NCBI GenBank assembly: GCA_043228905.1
Contig: JBHGNT010000005.1
Span: 17,856,001-17,920,000 of the forward strand
Reading direction: 5' to 3'
Length of the DNA: 64,000 nt
Source of the DNA: Azolla caroliniana
Taxonomy: Eukaryota > Plantae > Polypodiophyta
The position numbers and the translations under genes were made by a program. Shown one piece after another: positions 1 through 10,881 of this stretch. Position 1 is the first letter of the stretch. Every line of letters starts with the position of its first letter. Below the pieces are notes generated by a model. That model saw nothing but the letters and a program-made list of their open reading frames with translations, did not search any database and was not told the origin of the DNA.

Positions 1-204
1 AAGATGTAAGCCAATGACACCCATAACATCAGAAATCAATGATATAATCACAATATTTTGGACTAATGAGAGTAGGGTTTCACCCAATAAGAAGGATTTA
101 TGAAGGAAACGTGTTGGAAGGAGTCAATACGAGGAGCATCCCATTCAACTTCTTGATGTACCTCAAGTATTTACATTTATCTCAACATTTGTTTTGACTT
201 TTGA

Positions 205-1675
205 GCTTAGTTAGTTAACTTATTAGCTACCAGAATAGCTAATTACCTACCTCAGAATATGACCATAACTAACTAGCTACCAGTAATAACTAATTAGCTC
301 CCTAAGAGTATCGAACATAGCTATTTAGCTACCAGAATAGCTAATTAGCTACCAATCATAGCTATTTAGCTACCACAATAGCTAATTAGCGACCTATAAC
401 AATAGTTATTTAACTACAAGACTAGCTAATTAGCTACTTATGACTATAGCTAATTAGCTGCCAAAATAGTTAATCCCCTTCTAGAATAGCTACTTAGCTA
501 CCTAAGAATATGAGCATAACTATTTAGCTACAAGAATAGCTAATTAGATGTGTATGACTAGCTAATTAGCTACTAGAATAGCTAACTAGCTAATTAGTTG
601 CATATGACTATAGCTAATTAGCTAACTAGCTATTCGCAATAGCTAATTTAGTTATTACCAGCTAATTAGTTGCTAGGATAACTACTTAGCTATCAAAATA
701 ACTAATTAGCTGCCTATGATTATAACTAATTAGCTACTAGAATAGCTAACTAACTATTCCCAATAGTTAATTAGTTATTACCAGCTAATTTAGCTATTAC
801 CAACTATTTAACTACTTGGATAGCTAATTAGCAACCAAAATAGCTAATTAGCTACCAGAATAGCTAATTAGCAACCAAAATAGCTAATTAGCAACCAAAA
901 TAGCTAATTAGCTATGTAAGAATATGAGCATAGATATTTAGCTACCAGAATAGCTAATTAGCTACCAAAATAGCTAATTAGCTAACTAGCTAATTAGTTG
1001 CATATGACTATAGCTAATTAACTACCAGATTAGCTAACTAGCTATTCGCAATAGCTAATTTAGTTATTATCAACTAATTTGTTGCTAGGATAGCTAATTA
1101 GCTACCAATCATAGTATTTAACTATCAGAATAGTTAATTAGCTGCCTATGATTATAGCTAATTAGCTACTAGAATAGCTAACTAACTATTCCCAATAGCT
1201 AATTAGTTATTACCAACTAATTTAGCTATTACCAGCTATTTAACTGCCATGATAGCTAATTAGTAACCAAAATAGCTAATTAGCTACCAATCATAGCAAA
1301 TTAGCTAGCACTCTCAGCTAATTAGCTACCAGAATAGCTAATTAGCTGCCTCTGACTATAGTTATTTAGCTATTAGAATGGCTACTTAGCTACCTATGAA
1401 TATGAGCATAGCTATTTAGCTACCAGAATAGCTAATTAGCTATGTATGACTAGCTAATTAGCTACAAGAATAGTTAACTAGCTAACTAGCTAATTAGTTG
1501 CATATGACTATAGCTAATTAGCTACCAGATTAGCTAACTAGCTATTCGCAATAGCTAATTTAGCTATTACCAACTAATTAGTTGCTAGGATAGCTAATTA
1601 GCTACCAGAATAGCTAATTAGCTACCAATCATAGCTAACTAACTATTCCCAATAGCTAATTAGTTATTACCATCT
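205..1675. repeat. AT-rich satellite built on the palindromic core TAGCTAATTAGCTA (~20-bp unit such as TAGCTAATTAGCTACCAGAA) with ~400-500-bp higher-order blocks
   Basis: Dozens of degenerate copies; block GCTAACTAGCTAATTAGTTGCATATGACTATAGC recurs at 581, 981 and 1481. Confidence 0.9.
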
Positions 1676-2783
1676 AAAAGCTGAGGCAGTCCGGACGATT
1701 GTCTACATCCAAAACCAGATCGGTGACAAGGTGTTAGCACACGAGCTGTATTTCGGGCGGAAGCCGAATTTGAGGCACCTTCAGATCTTCGGTAGCATAG
1801 CATATGTGCATGTATCGGATGAGAAGCGGAGGAAGCTGGATCCAAAGTCAGAGAAGTGCATCCTAGTCGGTTACTCGCATGAGTAGAAGGGGTATAAGTG
1901 TTATAACCCCCAGACTAAACAGGTCCGAGTAAGCCGAGATGTCAAGTTTGATGAATCAGCATCATGGTACTCTCTACCGACTCCAACTTCTGACTCCGAC
2001 CCGATTCCTAAAGATGAGGCTAGTGAGCACGAAGAGGTCCAGGTAGAAGATGAAGACTTTGGTACTCTAGATGAGAGTCCGATCTCATTCTGGCTAAGTG
2101 GGCCGAATGAGCAACTGAGTCTGGATGACCAATCAGATGAAGAACCGACGAGTGGTGGAGACTCTACTGTGCTCTCCCCGCGCAAGGAACCAAGGAGACA
2201 GTTCACGTGCAAAGAGAAGGGGAAGAAGATGCCGAAATATGATACCGACAGTGAAGGGTCAGATCGGAATGAATTTGACCCTAGAAAGGATGAAGGCGGA
2301 TCTTCAGAAAGGAAGTCCGAACTGGCCAAGAAGGGCCTCAAACCGGGTAACAAAAAGTTACGCCGGTCAACCCGTCAAAAGAAAACTGTCATGAGGCACA
2401 GATACAATGAGTACATGGCGTATCACTCTGCGTACATGACTAAGGTGGCGGAAGTGTGTGACTCGGAGAGCTACCCTATCGTAGTGTACGAAATTATATG
2501 TTTTTCACGTAGTGTACGAAATACACTACGACAACGCAAAAGCAACAAAAGACGTAAATTAGCGTGTTGTTATGGAGGAAGAAATGCGGGCACTTGTGTG
2601 AATGACACATGGGACCTGGTTGACCCTCCCCGACAGTGTAAATCGATCGGTTGCAAATGGGTATATAATGTGAAGTACAATGCCGACGATTTGGTTAACC
2701 GGTACAAGGCCCGGTTAGTGGCAAAGGGATACGCACAAACCCACGGAATCGACTATGACGAGACCTTTGCTCTGGTAGCGAAG
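1676..2783 (+). mobile_element. Truncated Ty1/Copia fragment (integrase C-terminus to start of RT), degenerate
   Basis: AEAVRTIVY.., KLDPKSEKCILVGY, NDTWDLVDPP..IGCKWVYNVK..RYKARLVAKGYAQTHGIDYDETFA; several stops; cut at 2784 by the next Copia. Confidence 0.85.
2475..2533 (-). mobile_element. ~60-bp remnant of a family-A-like Gypsy LTR end inside the Copia fragment
   Basis: CACGTAGTGTACGAAATACACTACGACA resembles the family A LTR end CACGTAGTGTGTAAATTACACTACGACA (18012-18039); host sequence resumes at ACGC 2534. Confidence 0.7.
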
Positions 2784-3315
2784 TGAAGAGAATACCACAC
2801 GTAATATCACTTGGCCACAACCAAGCCTTAGATCACTTCTTTGAGAATCAAACACAGAAATGGGGGTTGGAGATAAGTACACGTACACACACGAACAATA
2901 GAGAGTACACATGATGTTTACGTGGAAAACCCTGATAGGGAAAAACCATGGGAGCCCACAGACTCCAAACTATCACTATATGAGAAAGGTACAATTAGAG
3001 ACTCAAAGGCAATGACCTCGAGCTCTGTATCTTCGCCAAGCGGCGGTTACAACAGAGTATCGCTTTGTATCTCCTCTCTCGCTCTCTTCCTCTCTCTCTA
3101 TACAACAATTATGCACATACAACAATATGAAAACAATCACACTTCTGTGATTGCCCTAGGTCATATTTATACTCATATGAACTTAGGGCTATTTACAAAT
3201 ATAGCCTCAATAGGCTTACTCAAAACATATTTACAAATATGTCTTCTCTTCCGGTTCTCACCGGGTCCTCTTCATTCATAACCGGATCCCATCTAGAGGG
3301 ACCGACTTCCCAACA
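2784..3315 (-). repeat. 3' LTR of the minus-strand Copia
   Basis: Starts TGTTGGGAAG after PPT GAAGGGGGAGAT and ends ...TTCA; similar to LTR 26823-27748. Confidence 0.8.
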
Positions 3316-4561
3316 ATCTCCCCCTTCACTCCGGCATGGGATGTCTCGTCAGCCCGATCCGATTTCGGCACGCGTCCAGCTTATTGGTTGTCAACACCTT
3401 GGTCAACATATCCGACACGTTCTCTTCCGTGTGGATCTTCATTAGCACGAACTCTTGATCTTTTACTCTCTCCTGGATCCAGTGGTACCTCCGTTGGATA
3501 TGTTTCGTCTGGGAATGGTAGGCCGCGTTCCTCACAAGGTGGATGACACTTTGACTATCGCAGTAGAGCCGATATCCCTCTTGTTGGATCCCTAGGTCTC
3601 CGATGAAGTCCTTCATCCAGATTATCTCATTCCCGGCTTCCACAACTGCCATGTACTCCGCCTCCGTGGTTGACAACGCAACCGTCTTCTGTAGCCTCGA
3701 CTGCCACGAAACAACTCCCCTTGCATAAGTCATGACATATCCGGATGTAGACCGGCTGGTATCCGCATCATCCAACATATCCGAATCGGTGAAGCCTTCC
3801 AAGATGGGTTTACCGGAGCCGAATCAGAGGCACATACTCGAGGTGCCTTTTTAAATACCAGAGTATCCACTTGACCGCGGTCCAGTGCTCTCTTCAGGGA
3901 TTGCTCATGAATCGGCTGACTACTCCGACAGTGTAACCGATGTCCGACTGGGTACACACCATCGCATACATCAAGCTCCCGACGGTAGAGGCATATGGTA
4001 TCTTCATCATATCCGTCTTCTCTACGTTTTTCTTCGGGCTTTACTTTCCGGACAACTTGCAATTTGCTGGAAGTGTCGATCTGACCGGTTTTGCCTCCGA
4101 CATGTTGAACCGTTGAAGCACCTTTGTCATGTACTTCTCTTGTGACAACCACAACAACTTCTTCAACCAGTCCCGGATGATGTGCATTCCCAATATTTGT
4201 CTTCCTGGACCCAAGTCTTTCATTGAGAAGGTCCGGTTTAGAGTCTTCTTCAGCATCCGAATCTTGCCTTGGTCTCGTCCGACGATCAACATATCATCTA
4301 CATATAGGAGGAGTTTTAGGAAATCTTCTCCATCAAATTTCTTCACAAACACGTAGTGATCGGCCTACGTCTTGTGGTACCCTTAGTCGGTCATGAAGGA
4401 GTCGAACTTTTGGTACCATTGCCGGGGAGCTTGCTTCAGTCTGTACAAGCTCTTCTTCAGCTGTCACACCAGGTGCTCCTTCCCTTTCTTCTCAAATCCT
4501 TCCGGTTGATGCATGTAGAGCTCTTCTTCGAGGTCGCCATGTAGGAATGCCGTCTTGACGT
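2784..4561 (-). mobile_element. Ty1/Copia 3' part (RT-RNase H, PPT, 3' LTR), related to the Copia at 26823
   Basis: LLLYVDDMLIVG and RNase H FTDSD..VSWQSRLQKTVALSTTEAEY..TKHIQRRYHWI (3326-3802); PPT 3316-3327; 5' part deleted. Confidence 0.9.
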
Positions 4562-5345
4562 GAGTCGGGTGGGAACCGCTGGGGTTTTGGACTAGGAGAA
4601 AGGAGATTGTGAGATAGAGATTAATTATGAGTAGATAGCAAAGAGAAAGATAAGAAACTCGTGAATCACACGAGTATACTATATTAATTGGTACTTAGGT
4701 TGTTAAGAAAGAAGTAGATGCATAAATCGTGAATCCCACGAATAATATTTATATTGATCAATACTTAATCCAAAAAAATTTAACCCTTATACCTCTTTCT
4801 CTCCTCCTTATATAAGGACGGAAGAGGCTAAGCATAGCTTCTTGCTTTTCTAAAGTGTTCATGCTCTCTAAATTTGCATGCTTTACTTTTCCCACTACGA
4901 TTTCCTAAATTTAGCATTCATGCCTGCTAGATGTGCATGCATAATTTTATTAGTGTGTATATAAATAAAGTTTTCACGCATTCTAAAAATGCATGAGTTA
5001 CCTTTTAATAAAGGTAGGCGAAAATATTTAAGGTTTTATACGTATTAAATCTATATTTGAAATACTCATAATAAGTTAGTATAATGGTAAGGTTGGAGTT
5101 TGTTTGTGTGGAGGTGTAGGGTTCGAATCCTGCCTTATGCATGTAACAAAAGTTTTAATGTTTCTTTTATTTACAATTGTGTCTCTTCATCCCGTAAGAG
5201 ACTCTCACCGGCCTTCTTCATCCGGCTCCTCCTTGCCGATTCCTCCTTGCCGGTTCCTCTTCATCCGGTTCTCACCAGGTATTTCATTCTCTATCCGGAT
5301 GGACAAAATGCAATTTCCACGTAGTGTGTAAATTAAACTATGACA
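4558..5345 (-). repeat. Family A 3' LTR, lacking its outer ~27 bp
   Basis: Near-identical to 17247-18039; fused to Copia RT at an ACGT microhomology. Confidence 0.9.
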
Positions 5346-8300
5346 CTCACCCCCTCTAAACCCGCACATCCTCCGGTATGTGCCGAAGTTCCCGATGTTC
5401 CATATTCGCCTCCATCCGTATCGCTCTCTGAATCTTCCCTTATGTCGACTACGAGTTGAAGTCCATTTTCTTCGCGATCCGTATCACCGCGATCTTTGTC
5501 AGGTTGCTCCTCATTGTCGGTCTTGTCTATGGCTACATAAGATTCGTTGTTAGTCCGCTTCTTGAAGATCTTCACCCATTTCCCTGCTATAGGCACTCGT
5601 AGTATCGTTCCATCCAACTCACTTAGTCAGTAAGTTCTGTTGTCGAAAACTTTCCGAACCTCATATAGGCCGAACCACCTTTTTGCGAACTTCCGTACCG
5701 TTGTATGTTGATGATCCAAACTATTGTCATAGACATTCACCCAATCTCCTTCTTCAATCTTCTGTGGTTGTAGTCGGTGCTTGGTGTCGAACCAGCTTTT
5801 GTTCCGGAGTCATGCTTCTTGTTGTCGGCGTGACGCTTCCGCTACATCTTCCGGTCTTCCCTCCAGTTGTCGTATCCGGACCGCTAGTAGTTCTTCCCGG
5901 CTCATCTCTTCCTTCCACGGTAGCATTGTCCATGTCGCGATTGCAGTTTCCGTCGGCATTACCGGTGCTTGTTTGGTCATAAGTTTAGCCGGCATATAAC
6001 CGGTTACGGAGCTATGCGTCGTCCGATCCGCCCATAGTGCATACGGGAGCATCTGCGGCCAATCCACCACCCTTCCGTCGCATGCTTTGGCAAGTGCTTT
6101 GACGATCGGACTATATCCTCGCTCGACCTTCCTGTTGGCTTCCGGATTGTATGCCGTTGTTAGTGTTAACCGAACTCCATGTTTGGCGAAGAATCCCCTA
6201 GCTTTATCAGAGTCAAGTTCTCCCCGATTTGCAATCACTTGTCCTACGCACCCGTACCTGCAAAACACTTCTTCCAAAAGAAATTGACATACCGTAGAAC
6301 ACTTTTTTCTTCGTAGCGGCCGACCATCTACTTGATTTGTGAGATCTTCCCGAGCTAACACCAAGTACTTCTTTTGTCCGATCCCGGTTGGCATGGCTAC
6401 AGTGTCGACCATCCATTTGAAGTTGATTGTCGGTGAGAATGTCGGATGTCACTCATCTTGGTGTCGAACTCCGGAGTAGATTTGACACTTCTCGCAGCTT
6501 CCTGTGAACTCCGCGACATCTTTATACATATTCTTCCACCAATATCTTTGCTTGATCTTCCCAAATGTTGCCCATGTTCCCTGATGTCCAGCCCAATTAG
6601 ATTCGTGAAATTCGGACATTACCTGGTTTCGTTGCTCTTTTTTCCCAACTACTCGAAGTGGTATGCCACCCGGTCTTTTCTGCTCCCTCCATAAAAATCC
6701 ATTTTTCAAGAAGAACTTTCGGACTTGCCGTTTCTTACTTCGGATCTCAGCTCTCTTCTCTTTATTGTCCGATGATTCCTCGATTTCTCGTAGCATTTTC
6801 CCGATCAACAAGCTTTCTCCCTCGTATTCTTCTTCCCGGAATTCTTGGATTACATCCACCCGACATATGTGCTCCGAAGCAAAGTAGTCTTCGGAAACTT
6901 CTTCATTATCGGATTCGGTTATGTCATCTCCGAACCGCGCCCTTGATAGCATATCCGCTAAAACGTTGTCTTTTCCGGAGATGTGTCTTACCTCCGGATT
7001 AAGTGACTTAACATATGCAATCCACCTTAGCATAGCCACATCCGGTATAGTACAACACCGCATTATCCCGAGTATCGGAAGACAATCCGTTTCGATCACT
7101 ACTTCGGCTCCGATCAAATAATCTCGATCCGATTTGATTGCCGACACGACTCCTCATAATTCTCTTTTGACTTGCGCATACCCGCGTTGCCTTTCGTTGA
7201 GAACCTTTGCTCCGAATCGGATCGGATATCGCGAACCATCCGAGTCGAGTTGATTGATGACCCATCCAATTCCGGTTGGACTTGTATCAACCATTACTAT
7301 AACCGGTCGGTCATAGTTCGGCTTCTTTAGAGCTTCAGCCCTCCGCAGTGTTTTCTTGAGCTTCCTCATGGCTTCGGTGTGTTCTGGTTTCCATTCGAAC
7401 TTCTTCCTTTTCTGCAACAAGTGATAGAGTGGGTCCGCAATATGCGCGTAGTGCAGAATCCATATGTGATAGAATGCACATGCTCCAAGAAACCTTCGGA
7501 CTTCGGATTGTGACTCGCATACTTCTTTCATAGCTTGAATCACATTGATCTTGGCTGGTGACGGTCTTCGGCCGTAGGGCCCACATAGATGTCCGACCAC
7601 CAATATTTCTTCTTGTCCGAATGCCAATTTCTCTCCGAAAAGTGTCAGATGCACATCTTCTAACTTCCGTAACACTTTCTCACAATCACGGATATGGTTG
7701 ACTATGAACCTTTGGCATCCCCGTTCATCCATAGCTTCATCTTTTTCTTCCACTGCACACCCTTTCATCGGAATGTAATCTAGGAACGGCATCATTATCT
7801 CCGGTATGCAATCCCAGAGCACCTTGTTCATCGCATTCATCATATGTGCGACCGAGTTCGTCGTGCCTTGTGGTAGCGTACACATCCGGACTAATCCTAT
7901 CGGTGTCCGCATGGTCGTGATGTCTCAGCTCTCCACAGCTAGTTGGAATTGGTCATATCAGGAGTATAGGTCTCCGATGGAGTATATCGCGTGACTGGCA
8001 AATGCGTCCGCAAATTCGTCCACTATCGGACCAACTCCGGAATTCCGGATCGTGACCTTGTTCACTGGTTGCAAGTCTTGGATAAATCGGAGTGACCCAT
8101 TCTTCTTCAGAACCGTAAACCATCGATTTGAGTACGGAGCGTTTGATGGCTCTAGAATCCCCATCGCCACCTTCTCCTTGAGCAAGTCGATGACTTTCGG
8201 AATATGCGCCCGTGGCACCGGAATCGGCTTCAGGCTCCACGGCACATGGTCAATCGTGAAGATCACCATCGGCTCCACTATCTTCGGATCAATGCACCCT

Positions 8301-8510
8301 ATCTCCTTCGATGTGAATGCAAATGCTTTTCCAAGTTGTTCCAACATCTCACGAAACCGTTCTTCTTCTTTTTGTGAGAGGAAACCACCTCTACCAATCC
8401 GAAGTTTCTTCCGGGTCTCATCCGAGAAGGCATGTCCGATATCCATGGACTTTCGAAGTGTCGGATCCCCCGAGACTTCTTTCCTCTTTTGTTCGCTATC
8501 TGCGGGTAAC
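5333..8510 (-). pseudogene. pol: Family A pol (RT, RNase H, integrase) broken by stops and frameshifts; continues at 14714-15145
   Basis: ORF pieces 7958-8446, 7154-7912, 6449-7147, 5810-6412 and 5333-5617 carry RT, RNase H and integrase motifs. Confidence 0.9.
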
Positions 8511-8944
8511 TGTTACCGGCTGGCAAAGGAGTCCAGAGTGGGAAACGGAGAGCTAATTAAGTAGTAGGAATGTGGTTGTAATTAAGCTATGAGTGTGGAC
8601 GGACGGACCGGAAACGGTATGCCGTTCCGGATCCGGACCGATCCCGAATAGGTGCGGATGGCACCGTTTTGTAATACAGACCGGGAACCTATTTAAAGGC
8701 CCGGATACAATGTAATAGTTAGCGGTTAATTAATGAAAGCTTAAGCGTTGTTATCTCTCTGTGTTAATTGCCGTTCTGTCTTAATTGTTATATCTTACGC
8801 GTGTTATGAAAGACGATCCTAATAAGTAACTTAATTAAGTCGGATTAAGCGTTGAAGTCTAATCCGGTGGCCGTAACACCCTTTGGTGAAGTGTCTCCCG
8901 TAGACACCCTGTGTTAGGCCATTGTCCGGCCCGAAGAGTTAACA
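8511..8944 (+). repeat. Element E 5' LTR (right end approximate)
   Basis: TGTTA...TAACA termini, TATA-like TATTTAAA at ~8690, homologous to E2 LTR 38559-38947. Confidence 0.75.
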
Positions 8945-8997
8945 CAGTTTTTGGCGACCACGATTCCTGTTTTTGCAGCGAACGACGGCACGGATGG

Positions 8998-10881
8998 ATG
9001 TCTAGATCAACGCACGACCTGGTTACAGATCGAACTCGACGCCTTGCCGAAAGGCAAAGGAGACGCGAGGCTTTCCAGCAAGCGGCGCAGGAAATTAGAG
9101 CGGATCGCTCGTTTTCCAACGTAATCCGGAGAGTAGCGGAGGACTCCCTCTGGTTACAGCAAACATCGCACCCGGACGACGGCAGCAGCCTAAGCAGCCT
9201 CCGGGAAACCGAATCCCTTCTCCACGCGTTGGCAAATGGAGAAGGCGAAGCAGAGGCCTTTTCAGCATATGAATCGGACTCCGAAGGGGAATACAACGTG
9301 CACACGAACTACCGTAGCAGCAACGAAACCCCGGGCGGACCGGAGGACGAAGGATCGGATACCTTACCGACACCGGAACCGGAACCGGAAGTGCTAACGC
9401 TGGAACCCCCGGAACCAGCAGAGGAAGAACGACCTCTGACACCGGAAGTCGAAGAGGAGAGGCCTCCGTCACCAAAGGAAGAGAAACAACCGACACCGGA
9501 ATCAAATCGGGAAAGATCACCGACACCGGAGAAAATTCCGGAACGAGCACCAACACTACCAGCCCGCGCACTGATACCGGACGACGACATGCCGTTCCAG
9601 TACTCCAAGTATAGAGATGATCCGGACGCGGAAGCTCATGTGCACGCCTTTGAACAGACATGGGAAGCCAACCATGTGTCCTAGCGATTGACACCGGAGG
9701 AAGAAGAACGCTCTAAGATAGCGGAGTTTGGCGTCACATTGGAGGGACCGGCAACAAGATGGCGCCGGACGCAGGACCCGTCTACCATCAACACCTTTGC
9801 AGATTTAAAAGCTAAATTCTTGCATTTTTTTCAAAAGGAGGTGGACCAGACTGTAATGGTAGGCTTATTTTATACCATCCGGCAAGAGGCAGGGGAGAGC
9901 ATTCCCCAATTTGTCATCCGGTTTCAACGGATGCATAGTCAGCTTGCCCGTGCACCCCCGGAAGAGGAATTACAGACGATATTCCTAAACGCGCTCCGGG
10001 AACCCCTACGCACGGTTTGCACAGTAATCGACTTCCGCACAAGTACCATCGACCAGGTCATTAACCGGGTGAGAGAGATGGAAAAGACAAGCTCCTGGCT
10101 CACACTGGGAGCACTTCAACGGCATTTACTGTCCGATGAAGACCTCCGGTTTCGGCAAGCAATACAGTGCACAACCTGCTTGAATTCCGGACACTCGGCT
10201 CTAGAATGCACTATGAGGACACAATGTGTAATCTGTCAATCCAAGAGCCATACGACGGATAGGTGCAAGTATAATCTGTTGAATCGGCAAGCACCGCCCG
10301 TTCGACAAATTGAGCCACGCAGCAGCCGGGATGAAGAAGACGAACGCTGGCGGCGAATGGACCGTGACCGACCGGCACAGGATGTCCGGTATGGAGAGCG
10401 ACGGGAAAATGATGTCCGGTATGGCAATTGACGGGAAAATGATGTCCGGTACGGTGATCGGCGGGATAACTATGACCGGCATGATCGGTACCAGGATTAC
10501 AATAGACGATACGAACATTACGACCGGGAGCACTCCCCCGGGTATCGTCAGCAACGGGAGGAATACGGAAGATATAACGGGCAACCCCGTCAAGAGTACC
10601 GTAATAAGAAGAGCTATAACAAAAAACGGCATTTTAAAAAAGGCGGCTACCACCGGGATCCGGAACAAGGAGCTCCAAGTAGCCAACCGGTACAAAACCC
10701 CGTGCGTACCGTAGGACCTGCCCCGGGTACAACAGACAATGCCGAATCTAGCAATACCCGGAAGGCCTACTGCTACTACTGCCGACAGGAAGGCCATTAT
10801 AGTAACCAATGCCCGGTGAAGAGCTATGAAAAACGACCGGCGGTAAATATGGTAGTCCCTGAGGTGGCAAACCTGTAGCAG
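8998..10881 (+). pseudogene. gag: Element E gag with three CCHC zinc knuckles, interrupted by stops
   Basis: Retrotransposon gag-like segment 9688-10431; CTTCLNSGHSALEC, CVICQSKSHTTDRC, CYYCRQEGHYSNQC. Confidence 0.85.
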
